A stretch of 64,000 bases of DNA from Squalus acanthias (Eukaryota), in NCBI GenBank assembly GCA_030390025.1, contig JASTWF010000337.1, forward strand, positions 434,001 through 498,000. Direction: 5' to 3'. The position numbers and the translations under genes are program-made. Of the stretch, positions 34,968 to 49,200 are shown one piece after another. Below the pieces are notes generated by a model that saw nothing but the letters and a program-made list of their open reading frames with translations, had not been told where the DNA came from and searched no databases. The first letter of the stretch is position 1. Each line of letters opens with the position of its first letter.

Positions 34968-35750
34968 AAGCAGCATAGTGGTTATGTTACTGGACCAGTA
35001 ATCCGGAGACGCGAGTTCAAATCCCACCATGGCCGTTTGTGAATTGAATTAAAAGCTAGCATCAGTGACCATGAAGCTATCGGATTGTCGTAAAAACCCA
35101 TCTGGTTCATTAATGTCCTTTAGGGAAGGAAACCGGCCTATATGTGACTCCAGACCCACAGCAATGTGGTTGACTCTTAACTGCCCTCTGAAATAGCCCA
35201 GCAAGCCACTCAGTTGTACCAAACCGCTACAAAAAGGTATAAGAAAAATAAAACTGGACAGACCACTAGGCATCAGATTCGGACACGACAACGGCACACC
35301 CAGCCCAGTCGACCCTGCAAAGTTCTCCTCACTATCAGGGGACTTGTGCCAAAATTGGGAGAGCTGTCCCACAGACTAGTCAAGCAACAGCCTGACATAG
35401 TCATACTCACAGAATCATACCTTTCAGCCAATGTCCCAGACTCCTCCATCACCACCCTGGGTATGTCATGTTCTGTCCCACCGGCAGGACAGACCCACCA
35501 GAGGTGGTGGCACAGTGGTATACAGTCAGGAGGGAGTTGCCCTGGGGGTCCTCAACATTCCTCCAGACCCCATGAAGTCAGCATCAGGTCAAACAGGGGC
35601 TGAGTACTACTGACCGCCCTCCCTCAGCTGGTGAATCAGCACTCCTCCATGTTGAACAGCACTTGGAAGAAGCACTGAGGGCACAGAATGTACTCAATAT
35701 CCATCACCAAGAGTGGTTCGGTAGCACCATTACTGACCGAGTCCTGAAAG
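34968..35750 (+). mobile_element. 5' end of the tRNA-headed APE-RT LINE
   Basis: gcatagtggtt (A-box-like), gagttcaaatc (B-box), then CKVLLT.RGLVPKLGELSHRLVKQQPDIVILTES. Confidence 0.82.
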
Positions 35751-37566
35751 CCTGAGCTTCATCCCCTTAGGCCCATCTCAATGAATTTTGAGCTCGGCAT
35801 GGTGCCGAGCTCTTTTTCCTTCTTCTTCGTGTTCACTTCTTTGGCCAGGAGTCTTCCCCACCCCACCCCGCAGAGCTGACCCTTTCTCCCGTTTTCAGAA
35901 CTCTCGTTCTACCTGGACCCCTCCCTCTGGCCTCTTACCCGCTCTAGATCTTTTCATTGCGAACTGTCGGCGTGACATCAGCCGTCTCAATTTCTCTGCT
36001 CCCCTCACTCACTCCAACCTACCTCCCTCTGAACTTGCAGCACTCCGTTCTCTCAGCTCCAACCCCAACATTGTCATTAAACCTGCTGACAAGGGTGGTG
36101 CTGTTGTTGTTTGGCGAACTGACCTCTACCTTGTGGAGGCTGAACGCCAACTCTGACACCTCCTCCTCCCTCCCCCGGACATGACCCCACGACCAAACAT
36201 CAAGCCATTGTTTCCAAGACTGTCACTGACCTCATCTCCTCTGGAGATCATAGAAACATAGAAGATAGGAGCAGGAGGCGGCCATTCGGCCCCTCGAGCC
36301 TGCTCCGCCATTCGATGAGATCATGGCTGATCATCCAAACTCAGTACCCTGTACCTGCCTTCTCCCCATATCCCTTGATACCTTTAGCTTTAAGAAATAT
36401 ATCTAACTCATTCTTGAATATATTTAATGACTTGGCCTCAACTACCTTCTGTGGTAGAGAATTCCACAGGTTCACCACTCTCTGGGTGAAGGAATTCTTC
36501 CTCATTTCTGTCCTAAATGGCTTACCCCTTATCCTTAGATTATGACCCCTGGTTCTGGACTCTCCGACCATCGGGAACATTCTTCCTGCATCTAGTTTGT
36601 CCAGACCTGTCAGAATTTTATATGTTTCGATGAGATCCCCTCTCATTCTTCTATACTCCAGCGAGTATAAGCCCAATCGACCCAATCTCTCCTCATATGT
36701 CATTCCTGCCATCCCAGGTATCAGCCTTGTGAATCTTTGCTTAACTCCTTCCATGGCAAGAACATCCTTCCTCAGATAAGGCGACCAAAACTGCACACGG
36801 TACTCAAGGTGTGGTCTCACCAAGGCCCTGTACAACTGCAGCAGGACATCCCTGTTCCTATACTCAAACCCTTTTGCTATGAAGGCCAACATACCATTTG
36901 CCTTCTTCGCCGCCTGCTGCACCTGCATGCTTACCTTCAGCGACTGGTGCACAAGGACACCCAGGTCTCGTTGCACTTCCCCTTCTCCCAATCTATTGCC
37001 ATTCAGATAATAGTCTGCCTTTCTGTTTTTGACACCAAAATGGATAACCTCGCATTTATCCACGTTATATTGCATCTGCCACGCTTCTGCCCACATCATC
37101 CTGGAGTTTCTCGGTATCCTCCTCGCAGCACACACTCCCACCCAGCTTTGTGTCATCTGCAAACTTGGAGATATTACATTTAGTTCCCTTATCTAGATCA
37201 TTAATGTATATTGTGAATAGCTGGGGTCCAAGGACCGATCCCTGCGGTACCCCACTAGTCACTGCTTGCCACTTGGAAAAAGACCCATTAATTCCTACTC
37301 TCTGCTTTCTGTCCGCCAACCAGTTCTCTATCCAAGTCAATACCTTGCCCCCAATCCCATGTGCCTTAACTTTACACGCTAATCTCTTATGCGGGACCTT
37401 ATCGAAAGCCTTTTGAAAGTCCAAATACACCACATCTACTGGTTCTCCCTTATCTATTTTCCCAGTTACATCCTCAAAAAATCTTCCCTCCATGGCTGTC
37501 AACCTCATAGTCCCCCAAACCTGCACAGCCCACTTCTACCTCCTTCCCAAGATCCACAAACAGGAC
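35751..37566 (+). mobile_element. Penelope-like RT fragment, split by a CR1
   Basis: NIVIKPADKGGAVVVW in ORF 35788-36156; resumes near 37480 with ttctacctccttcccaagatccacaaa (degenerate FYLLPKIHK). Confidence 0.8.
36249..37480 (-). mobile_element. CR1 3' portion, same subfamily as 6840-9779
   Basis: ORFs 37065-37526 and 36341-37162 are nearly identical in protein to the 6840 element. Confidence 0.92.
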
Positions 37567-37837
37567 TTGGGAAGGAGGTAGAACTTGCCCTGGTAGACTT
37601 CATAATTTCAGCCTGTTCTTGCCCTGATAGCAATGTCTGCTTCACCCCTCTCCTTTGTAAAAACAGACGCAAAGTATTCATTAAAAACCCTACCGACGTC
37701 TCCCGCCTCCATACACACATTACCCTTCTGCCCACATGCAATGTCTGGGACCAAGCTCTGAGATGGAGATGGATTTGTGGCTCAAAGGAAAAATGTCTGT
37801 GGCCAGTGAGAGCTTGGTCCTCAATGCCAATCACCAT

Positions 37838-39460
37838 TGGGTAATGGTTGATGTGTGTTTTTGTGACTGGAAGGCTGTTTCCAGTGGGGTTCCGCAGGGC
37901 TCAGTACTAGGTCCCTTGCGTTTTGTGGTATATATCAACGATCTTGACTTGAATATAGGGGGTATAATTAAGAAGTTTGCAGATGATACTAAAATCGGCT
38001 GTGTGGTTGATACTGAAGAAGGAAGCTGTAGACTGCAGGAAGATATCAATAAATTGTTCAGGTGGGCAGAACAGTGGCAAATGGAATTCAATCCGGAGAA
38101 GTGTGAGGTAATGCATTTGGGGAGGGCTAACAAGGAAAGGGAATACACATTAAATGATAGGACACTGAGTAGTGTAGAGGAACAAAGTGACCTTGGAGTG
38201 CATGTCCACAGATCCCTGAAGGTAGCAGGCCAGGTAGATAAGGTGGTTAAGAAGGCATACGGTATGCTTGCCTTTATTAGCCGTGGTATAGAATACAAGA
38301 ACAGAGGGGTTATGCTTCAACTGGATAAAACACTAGTTAGGCCTCAGCTAGAGTACTGCGTGCAGTTCTGGTCACCACATTACAGGAAAGATGTAATTGC
38401 GCTAGAGAGGGTACAGAGAAGATTTACAAGGATGTTGCCGGGAGTAGAGAATCTTAGCTATGAGGGAAGACTGGATAGGCTGGGTCTGTTTTCCTAGGAA
38501 CAGTGGAGAGACCTTATTGAGGTGTATAAAATTATGAGGGGCATAAAGTGGATAGAAAGGACCTATTTCCCTTAGCAGAGGGGTCAAAAACCAGGGGGCT
38601 ACGATTTAAAGTAATTGGTGGAAGGTTTAGAGGAGATTTGAGGGGAAATTTCTTCACCCAGAGGGTTGTGGGGGTCTGGAACTCACAGGCTGAAAGGGTG
38701 GTAGAAGCAGGAACCCTAACCACATTTAAAAAGTACTTGGATGTTCACTTGGGATGCTCTAACCTGCAGGGCTACGGACGAAGAGCTGGGAAGTGGGATT
38801 AGGCTGGATAGCTCTTTGTTGGCCGGCGTGGACACGATGGGCCGAAATGGCCTCCTTCCGTGCTGTAACTTTCTAAGATTCACCAATGCCCTGTACAGTT
38901 GTAGCAAGACTTCCCTACTTTTATACTCCATGCCCCTTGCAATAAAGGTCAACATTCCATTTGCCTTCCTACTTGCTGTACCTGCATGCTAAGTTTTTAT
39001 GTTTCATCCCGACTCTCTGGTTTCTGTTAGTTAGCCAATCCTCTATCCATGCAAATATATTACCCCCAACCCCGTGAGCTCTTATCTTGTGTAGTAACCT
39101 TTTATGTGGCACCTTATCGAATGCCTTTTGCAAATCCAAATACACATCTACTGGTTCCCCTTGATCCACCCTGCTCGTTACATCCTCAAAGAACTCTAAT
39201 AAATTTGTCAAACACGATTTCCCTTTCATAAAACCATGTTGACTCTGCTTGATTGTATTATGATTTTTTTTTAAATGTCCTGCTATTACTTCCTTAATAA
39301 TGGATTCCAGCATTTTCCCAATGACCGATGTTAGGCTAACTGGCCTATAGTTTCCTGCTTTCTGTCTCCTTCCTTTCTTGAATAGGGGCGTTACATTTGC
39401 GGTTTTCCAATCCGCTGGGACCTTTCCAGAATCTAGGGAATTTTGGAAGATCACAACCAA
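37838..39460. mobile_element. Two CR1 fragments: + strand ~37838-38880, - strand ~38880-39460
   Basis: ORF 37736-38497 (+) and ORF 38969-39460 (-). Confidence 0.88.
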
Positions 39461-40951
39461 TGCTGACTCCTCTGTCCTTGCAACCTACCGCCCCATCTCC
39501 AACCTCCCTTTTCTCTTCAAAGTCCTTGAACATGCTGCCGCCTCCAAAATCCGTGCCCATCTTTCCCGGAACTCCAGGTTTGAATCCCTTCAACACAAAA
39601 GCAAAATACTGCGGATGTTGGAGTAATGAATCCCTTCAATCTGGTTTCCGTCCCGCCACAGTACTGAAACCACCCTTATCAAAGTCATAAATTACATCCT
39701 ATGTGGCTGTGACCGTGGTAAACTATCCCCCCTCGTCCTTTGCGACCAGTCTGCAGCCTTTGACATAGTTGACCACACCATCCTCCTCCAACGCCTCCCC
39801 TTCATCGTCCAGCTGGGTGGGACTGCACTCGCCTGCTCCATTCATATCTATAACAGTTGTAGCCAGAGAATTGCCTGCAATGACTTCTCTTCCTGCTCCC
39901 GTACCATTACCTCTGGAGTGCCCCCAAACATCTATCCTTGGCCCCCTCCTATTTCTCATCTACAGGCTGCCCCTCGGCGACATCATCCGAAAATACAGCG
40001 TCAGTGTCCACATGTACGCTGACGTCACCCAGCTCTACCCCACCACCACCTCTCAGCCCCTCCACTGTCTCTAATTTGTCACACTGCTTGTCCAACATTC
40101 AGCAATGTACGAGCAGAAATTTCCTCCAACTAAATACTGTATTGGGAAGACCAAAGCCATTGCCTTCGGTCCCTGCCACAAACTTTGTTGAAGTCAGCGA
40201 CTCCACCCCTCTCCCTGGCAACTGTCTGAGGCTGAACCAGACGGTTTGCAAACTAGTTGTCGTATTTAACATGAGCTTCCGACCACATATCTGCACCATC
40301 ACTAAGACTGCCTACATCCACTTTCGGAAAAATTGCCCGAATCCATCCCTGCCTCAGCTCATCCGCTGCTGAAACCCTCATCTGTACCTTTGTTACCTCT
40401 AGACTGGACTATTCCAACGCTCTCCTGGTGGCCTCCCATCTTCCACCCTCCATAAACTTGAACTCATCCAAAACTCTGCTGTCTGTATCCTATTTCGCAA
40501 CAAGTACCGTTCACCAATCACCCCTGTGCTCGCTGACCTACATTGGCTCCCAGTCCGGCAATGCCTCAGTTTTAAAATAATCATCCTCGTTTTCAATGCC
40601 TTCCACGGTCTTGTCCTCCCTATTTCAAACATTTTCCAGCCCTACAACCCTCTGCGCTCCTCCAATTCTGGCCTCTTGCGCATCCTCTATTTTAATCGCT
40701 CCATCATTGGCGACCGTGCCTTTAGCTGCCTGGCCCCTAAGCTCTGGAATTCCCTCCCTAAACCTCTCCGCATTTGTAACTCTCTCTTCTTCTTTAAGAT
40801 GCTCCTTAAAACCTAGCTCTTTGACCAAGCTTTTGGCCACCTATCCTAATATCTCATGTGACTCGGTATCAAATTTTGCATGAAAACACTCCTGTGAAGT
40901 TCCTTGGGACGTTTTACTACATGAAATGCTCTTTATCAATGCAAGTTGTTG
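39461..40951 (+). mobile_element. Decayed L2-type LINE, RT to 3' end
   Basis: [48 protein letters not shown]; tail aatgcaagttgttg. Confidence 0.85.
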
Positions 40952-42527
40952 TAAGGTCTCTGGGTACAGTGCCCTGTATGGTCTCTGGGTACAGTGCACT
41001 GTATGGTCTCTGGGTATAGCGCCCATTGTGTGGGGTTCAGTGCAGTGTATGGTTTCTGGGTACAGTGCACTGTATGGTCTCTGGGTACAGTGCCCATTGT
41101 GTGGGGTTCAGTGCAGTGTATGGTCTCTGGGTACAGTGCACTGTAAGGTCTCTGGGTACAGTGCACTGTATGGTCTCTGGGTACAGTGCACTGTATGGTC
41201 TCTGGGTACAGTGCACTGTATGGTCTCTGGGTATAGCGCCCATTGTGTGGGGTTCAGTGCAGTGTATGGTCTCTGGGTACAGTGCACTGTAAGGTCTCTG
41301 GGTACAGTGCCCATTGTGTGGGGTTCAGTGCACTGTAGGGTCTCTGGGTACAGTGCCCTGTATGGTCTCTGGGTACAGCGCCCATTGTGTGGGGTTCAGT
41401 GCACTGTAGGGTCTCTGGGTACAGTGCACTGTATGGTCTCTGGGTATAGCGCCCATTGTGTGGGGTTCAGTGCAGTGTATGGTCTCTGGGTACAGTGCAG
41501 TGTAAGGTCTCTGGGTACAGTGCAGTGTATGGTCTCTGGGTACAGTGCCCATTGTGTGGGGTTCAGTGCAGTGTATGGTCTCTGGGTACAGTGCAGTGTA
41601 AGGTCTCTGGGTACAGTGCCCATTGTGTGGGTTCAGTGCACTGTAGGGTCTCTGGGTACAGTGCAGTGTATGGTCTCTGGGTACAGTGCAGTGTATGGTC
41701 TCTGGGTACAGTGCCCATTGTGTGGGTTCAGTGCACTGTAGGGTCTCTGGGTACAGTGCACTGTATGGTCTCTGGGTACAGTACCCATTGTGTGGGGTTC
41801 AGTACAGTGTATGGTTTCTGGGTACAGTGCACTGTATGGTCTCTGGGTACAGTGCCCATTGTGTGGGGTTCAGTGCAGTGTATGGTCTCTGGGTACAGTG
41901 CACTGTATGGTCTCTGGGTACAGTGCCCATTGTATGGGGTTCAGTGCAGTGTATGGTTTCTGGGTACAGTGCCCTGTATGGTCTTTGGGTACAGTGCCCA
42001 TTGTGTGGGTTTCAGTGCACTGTATGGTCTCTGGGTACAGTGCACTGTAAGGTCTCTGGGTACAGTGCAGTGTATGGTCTTTGGGTACAGTGCCCATTGT
42101 GTGGGGTTCAGTGCAGTGTATGGTTTCTGGGTACAGTGCACTGTATGGTCTCTGGGTACAGCGCCCATTGTGTGGGGTTCAGTGCAGTGTATGGTTTCTG
42201 GGTACAGTGCACTGTATGGTTTCTGGGTACAGTGCCCATTGTGTGGGGTTCAGTGCCCATTGTGTGGGGTTCAGTGCAGTGTATGGTGTCTGGGTACAGT
42301 GCCCAATGTGTGGGGGTCAGTGCCCAATGTGTGGGGTTCAGTGCAGTGTATGGTGTCTGGGTACAGTGCCCACAGTGTGGGGTTCAGTGCAGTGTATGGT
42401 GTCTGGGTACAGTGCCCAATGTGTGGGGGTCAGTGCCCAATGTGTGGGGTTCAGTGCAGTGTATGGTGTCTGGGTACAGTGCCCACAGTGTGGGGTTCAG
42501 TGTAGTGTATGGTGTCTGAGTACAGTA
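40951..42527. repeat. Satellite block A (25-bp and 21-bp monomers)
   Basis: cagtgcaStgtatggtctctgggta and cagtgcccattgtgtggggtt. Confidence 0.97.
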
Positions 42528-43272
42528 CTGCAAGTGAGGAGGATGCAAGGAGGCTTTAAGGGTATATAGGCTGGTTAAGTGAATGGGCAAGAACATGGCA
42601 AATGGAATATAATGTGGAGAAATGTAAAGTTATCCACTTTGGTAGGAAAAATAGAAAAGCAGAGTATTTTTTTAAATGGTGAGAGATTGGGAAATGTGGG
42701 TGTTCAGATGGACCTGGGTGTCCTTGCACACGAATCACTGAAAGTTAACAAGCAGGTACAGCAAGCAATTAGGAAGGCAAATGGTATGTTGGCCTTTATA
42801 ACAAGAGGATTTGAGTATAAGAGTAAAGACGTCTTACTGCAACTATATAGGGCCCTGGTTAGACCACACCTGGAGTATTGTGTACAGTTTTGGTCTCCTT
42901 ACCTAAGGAAGGATATACTTGCCATAGAGGGAGTGCAACGAAGGTTCACCAGACTGGTTCCTGGGATTTAGGGGATTGTTCTATGAGGAGAGATTGAGTA
43001 GACTAGGCCTATATTCTCTAGAGTTTAGAAGAATGAGAGGTGATCTCATTGAAACATACAAAGTTCTTACAGGACTTGACAGGGTAGATGCAGGGACGAT
43101 GTTTCCCCCAGCTGGGGAGTCTAGAACCAGGGGTCACAGTCTCAGAATAAGGGGTCGGCGATTTAGGACTGAGATGAGGAGAAATCTCTTCACTCAGAGG
43201 CTGGTGAACTTTGGAATTCTCCACCCCAGAGGGCTGTGGAGGCTCAGTCGTTGAGTATATTCAAGACAGAGC
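42528..43272 (+). mobile_element. CR1 fragment inside the satellite, lacking both the 5' part and the 3' tail
   Basis: ORFs 42579-42971 and 42976-43254; stops at ttcaagacagag. Confidence 0.92.
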
Positions 43273-46200
43273 CTATGGAGTCTGGGTACAGTGCTCACTG
43301 TGTGGGGTTCAGTGCAGTGTATGGAGCCTGGGTGCAGGGTGCACCGTGTGGGGTCAGTGCAGTGTATGGAGTCTGGGTACAGTGCAGTGTATGGAGTCTG
43401 GGTACAGTGCTCACTGTGTGGGGTTCAGTGCAGTGTATGGAGCCTGGGTGCAGGGTGCACCGTGTGGGGTCAGTGCAGTGTATGGAGTCTGGGTACAGTG
43501 CAGTGTATGGAGTCTGGGTACAGTGCTCACTGTGTGGGGTTCAGTGCAGTGTATGGTGTCGGGGTACAGTGCAGTGTATGGTGTCGGGGTTCAGTGCTCA
43601 CTGTGTGGGGTTCAGTGCAGTGTATGGAGCCTGGGTACAGGGTGCACCGTGTGGGGTCAGTGCAGTGTATGGAGTCTGGGTACAGTGCCCACCGTGTGGG
43701 GTTCAGTGCAGTGTATGGTGTCGGGGTTCAGTGCAGTGTATAGTGTCTGGGTACTGTGCCCAATGTGTGGGGTTCAGTGCAGTGTATGGAGTCTGAGTAC
43801 AGTGCTCACTGTGTGGGGTTCAGTGCAGTGTATGGAGTCTGGGTACAGTGCTCACTGTGTGGGGTTCAGTGCAGTGTATGGTGTCTGGGTACAGTGCAGT
43901 GTATGGTGTCGGGGTTCAGTGCTCACTGTGTGGGGTTCAGTGCAGTGTATGGTGTCTGGGTACAGTGCTCACTGTGTGGGGTTCGGTGCAGTGTATGGTG
44001 TCGGGGTTCAGTGCTCACTGTGTGGGGTACAGTGCAGTGTATGGTGTCGGGGTTCAGAGCAGTGTATGGTGTCGGGGTACAGTGCAGTGTATGGTGTCGG
44101 GGTTCAGTGCAGTGTATGGTGTCGGGGTACAGTGCTCACTGTCTGGGGTTCAGTGCAGTGTATGGTGTCGGGGTTCAGCGGAGTGTATGGTGTCTAGGTA
44201 CAGTGCTCACTGTGTGGGGTTCAGTGCAGTGTATGGTGTCGGGTTTCAGTGCAGTGTATGGAGTCGGGGTTCAGTGCTCACTGTGTGGGGTTCAGTGCAG
44301 TGTATGGTGTCGGGGTACAGTGCAGTGTATGGTGTCGGGGTTCAGTGCAGTGTATGGAGTCTGGGTTCAGTGCAGTGTATGGAGTCTGGGTTCAGGGCAC
44401 TATATGGAGTCTGGGTGCAGTGCTCACTGTGTGGGGTTCAGAGCAGTGTATGGTGTTGGGGTACAGTGCTCACTGTGTGGGGTTCAGTGCAGTGTATGGA
44501 GTCAGGGTACAGTGCCCACTGTGTGGAGTTCAGTGCAGTATATGGAGTCTGGGTACAGTGCTCACTGTGTGGGGTTCAGTGCAGTGTATGGTGTCGGGGT
44601 TCAGTGCTCACTGTGTGGGTTTCAGTGCAGTGTATGGAGTCTTGGTACAGTGCTCACTGTGTGGGGTTCAGTGCAGTGTATGGTGTCGGGGTACAGTGCT
44701 CACTGTGTGGGGTTCAGTGCAGTGTATGGAGTCTGGGTACAGTGCACACTGTGAGGGGTACAGTGCTCACTGTGTGGGGTTCAGTGCAGTGTATGGAGTC
44801 GGGGTACAGTGCAGTGTATGGAGTCTGGGTACACTGCCCACTGTGTGGGGTTCAGTGCAGTGTATGGTGTTGGGGTTCAGTGCAGTGTATGGAGTCTGGG
44901 TACAGTGCTCACTGTGTGGGGTTCAGTGCAGTGTATGGTGTTGGGGTACAGTGCTCACTGTGAGGGGTACAGTGCAGTGCATGGAGTCTGGGTACAGTGC
45001 CCACAGTGTGGGGTTCAGTTCCCATTGTTTGGGGTTCAGTGCAGTGTATGGAGCCTGGGTACAGGGTCCACCGTGTGGGGTCAGTGCAGTGTATGGAGTC
45101 TGGGTACAGGGTCCACCGTGTGGGGTCAGTGCAGTGTGTGGAGTCTGGGTACAGTGCCCACTGTGTGGGGTTCAGTGCACTGTATGGTGTCGGGGTTCAG
45201 TGCAGTGTATGGTGACTGGGTGCAGTGCTCGCTGTGTGGGGTTCAGTGCACTGTATGGAGCCTGGGTACAGTGCCCACTGTGTGGGGTTCAGTGCAGTGT
45301 ATGGAGTCTGGGTACAGTGCCCACCGTGTGGGGTTCAGTGCAGTGTATGGTGTCGGGGTTCAGTGCAGTGTATAGTGTCTGGGTACAGTGCTCACTGTGT
45401 GCGGTTCAGTGCAGTGTATGGAGCCTGGGTACAGGGTGCACCGTGTGGGGTCAGTGCAGTGTATGGAGTCTGGGTACAGTGCCCGTGTGGGGTTCAGTGC
45501 AGTGTATGGAGTCTGGGTACAGTGCCCACCGTGTGGGGTTCAGTGCAGTGTATGGTGTCAGGGTTCAGTGCTCACTGTGTGGGGTTCAGTGCAGTGTATG
45601 GAGTCTGGGTACAGTGCCCACCGTGTGGGGTTCAGTGCAGTGTATGGTGTCGGGGTTCAGTGCAGTGTATAGTGTCTGGGTACTGTGCCCACCGTGTGGG
45701 GTTCAGTGCAGTGTATGGTGTCGGGGTTCAGTGCAGTGTATAGTGTCTGGGTACTGTGCCCAATGTATGGGGTTCAGTGCAGTGTATGGAGTCTGGGTAC
45801 AGTGCTCACTGTGTGGGGTTCAGTGCAGTGTATGGTGTCGGGGTACAGTGCAGTGTATGGTGTCAGGGTTCAGTGCTCACTGTGTGCGGTTCAGTGCAGT
45901 GTATGGAGCCTGGGTACAGGGTGCACCGTGTGGGGTCAGTGCAGTGTATGGAGTCTGGGTACAGTGCCCGTGTGGGGTTCAGTGCAGTGTATGGAGTCTG
46001 GGTACAGTGCCCACCGTGTGCGGTTCAGTGCAGTGTATGGTGTCGGGGTTCAGTGCAGTGTATAGTGTCTGGGTACTGTGCCCAATGTGTGGGGTTCAGT
46101 GCAGTGTATGGAGTCTGGGTACATTGCTCACTGTGTGGGGTTCAGTGCAGTGTATGGTGTCGGGGTTCAGTGCAGTGTATCGTGTCGGGGTTCAGTGCTC

Positions 46201-49200
46201 ACTGTGTGGGGTTCAGTGCAGTGTATGGTGTTGGGGTTCAGTGCAGTGTATCGTGTCGGGGTTCAGTGCTCACTGTGTGGGGTTCAGTGCAGTGTATGGC
46301 GTCTGGGTACAGTGCAGTGTATGGTGTCGGGGTTCAGTGCTCACTGTGTGGGGTTCAGTGCAGTGTATGGTGTCTGGGTACAGTGCTCACTGTGTGGGGT
46401 TCGGTGCAGTGTATGGTGTCGGGGTACAGTGCCCAGTGTGTGGAGTTCAGTGCAGTGTATGGTGTCGGGGTTCAGTGCTCACTGTGTGGAGTTCAGTGCA
46501 GTGTATGGTGCCTAGGTACAGTGCTCACTGTGTGGGGTTCAGTGCTGTGTATGGTGTCGGGGTTCAGTGCAGTGTATGGAGTCGGGGTACAGTGCTCACT
46601 GTGTGGGGTTCAGTGCAGTGTATGGTGTCGGGGTACAGTGCAGTGTATGGAGTCTGGGTACAGTGCTCACTGTGTGGGGTTCAGTGCAGTGTATGGAGTC
46701 TGGGTACAGTGCAGTGTATGGAGTCTGGGTACAGTGCTCACTGTGTGGGGTACAGTGCAGTGTATGGAGCCTGGGTACAGTGCCCACTGTGTGGGGTTCA
46801 GTGCAGTGTATGGAGTCTGGGTACAGTGCTCACTGTGTGGGGTACAGTGCAGTGTATAGTGTCTAGGTACTGTGCCCAATGTATGGGGTTCAGTGCAGTG
46901 TATGGAGTCTGGGTACAGTGCTCACTGTGTGGGGTTCAGTGCAGTGTATGGTGTCGGGGTACAGTGCAGTGTATGGTGTCGGGGTTCAGTGCAGTGTATG
47001 GTGTCAGGGTTCAGCGCTCACTGTGTGCGGTTCAGTGCAGTGTATGGAACCTGGGTACAGGGTGCACCGTGTGGGGTCAGTGCAGTGTATGGAGTCTGGG
47101 TACAGTGCCCACCGTGTGGGGTTCAGTGCAGTGTATGGAGTCTGGGTACAGTGCCCGTGTGGGGTTCAGTGCAGTGTATGGAGTCTGGGTACAGTGCCCA
47201 CCGTGTGCGGTTCAGTGCAGTGTATGGTGTCGGGGTTTAGTGCAGTGTATAGTGTCTGGGTACTGTGCCCAATGTGTGGGGTTCAGTGCAGTGTACGGAG
47301 TCTGGGTACATTGCTCACTGTGTGGGGTTCAGTGCAGTGTATGGTGTCGGGGTACAGTGCAGTGTATGGTGTCGGGGTTCAGTGCTCACTGTATGGGGTT
47401 CAGTGCAGTGTATGATGTCGGGGTTCAGTGCTCACTGTGTGGGGTTCAGTGCAGTGTATGGCGTCTGGGTACAGTGCAGTGTATGGTGTCGGGGTTCAGT
47501 GCTCACTGTGTGGGGTTCAGTGCAGTGTATGGTGTCTGGGTACAGTGCTCACTGTGTGGGGTTCGGTGCAGTGTATGGTGTCGGGGTACAGTGCCCAGTG
47601 TGTGGAGTTCAGTGCAGTGTATGGTGTCGGGGTTCAGTGCTCACTGTGTGGAGTTCAGTGCAGTGTATGGTGCCTAGGTACAGTGCTCACTGTGTGGGGT
47701 TCAGTGCTGTGTATGGTGTCGGGGTTCAGTGCAGTGTATGGAGTCGGGGTACAGTGCTCACTGTGTGGGGTTCAGTGCAGTGTATGGTGTCGGGGTACAG
47801 TGCAGTGTATGGAGTCTGGGTACAGTGCTCACTGTGTGGGGTTCAGTGCAGTGTATGGAGTCTGGGTACAGTGCAGTGTATGGAGTCTGGGTACAGTGCT
47901 CACTGTGTGGGGTACAGTGCAGTGTATGGAGCCTGGGTACAGTGCCCACTGTGTGGGGTTCAGTGCAGTGTATGGAGTCTGGGTACAGTGCCCACTGTGT
48001 GGGGTACAGTGCAGTGTATAGTTTCTAGGTACTGTGCCCAATGTATGGGGTTCAGTGCAGTGTATGGAGTCTGGGTACAGTGCTCACTGTGTGGGGTTCA
48101 GTGCAGTGTATGGTGTCGGGGTACAGTGCAGTGTATGGTGTCGGGGTTCAGTGCAGTGTATGGTGTCAGGGTTCAGTGCTCACTGTGTGCGGTTCAGTGC
48201 AGTGTATGGAACCTGGGTACAGGGTGCACCGTGTGGGGTCAGTGCAGTGTATGGAGTCTGGGTACAGTGCCCACCGTGTGGGGTTCAGTGCAGTGTATGG
48301 AGTCTGGGTACAGTGCCCGTGTGGGGTTCAGTGCAGTGTATGGAGTCTGGGTACAGTGCCCACCGTGTGCGGTTCAGTGCAGTGTATGGTGTCGGGGTTC
48401 AGTGCAGTGTATAGTGTCTGGGTACTGTGCCCAATGTGTGGGGTTCAGTGCAGTGTACGGAGTCTGGGTACATTGCTCACTGTGTGGGGTTCAGTGCAGT
48501 GTATGGTGTCGGGGTACAGTGCAGTGTATGGTGTCGGGGTTCAGTGCTCACTGTATGGGGTTCAGTGCAGTGTATGGTGTCGGGGTTCAGTGCTCACTGT
48601 ATGGGGTTCAGTGCAGTGTATGGTGTCGGGGTTCAGTGCTCACTGTGTGGGGTTCAGTGCAGTGTATGGCGTCTGGGTACAGTGCAGTGTATGGTGTCGG
48701 GGTTCAGTGCTCACTGTGTGGGGTTCAGTGCAGTGTATGGTGTCTGGGTACAGTGCTCACTGTGTGGGGTTCGGTGCAGTGTATGGTGTCGGGGTACAGT
48801 GCCCAGTGTGTGGGGTTCAGTGCAGTGTATGGTGTCTGGGTACACTGCTCACTGTGTGGAGTTCAGTGCAGTGTATGGTGTCGGGGTTCAGTGCTCACTG
48901 TGTGGAGTTCAGTGCAGTGTATGGTGTCTAGGTACAGTGCTCACTGTGTGGGGTTCAGTGCAGTGTATGGTGTCGGGGTTCAGTGCAGTGTATGGAGTCG
49001 GGGTACAGTGCTCACTGTGTGGGGTACAGTGCAGTGTATGGTGTCGGGGGTCAGTGCAGTTTATGGTGTCGGGGTTCAGTGCAGTGTATGGTGTCGGGGT
49101 TCGGTGCAATGTATGGTGTTGGGGTACAGTGCTCACTGTGTGGGGTACAGTGCAGTGTATGGTGTCGTGGTACAGTGCAGTGTATGCTGTCGGGGTTCAG

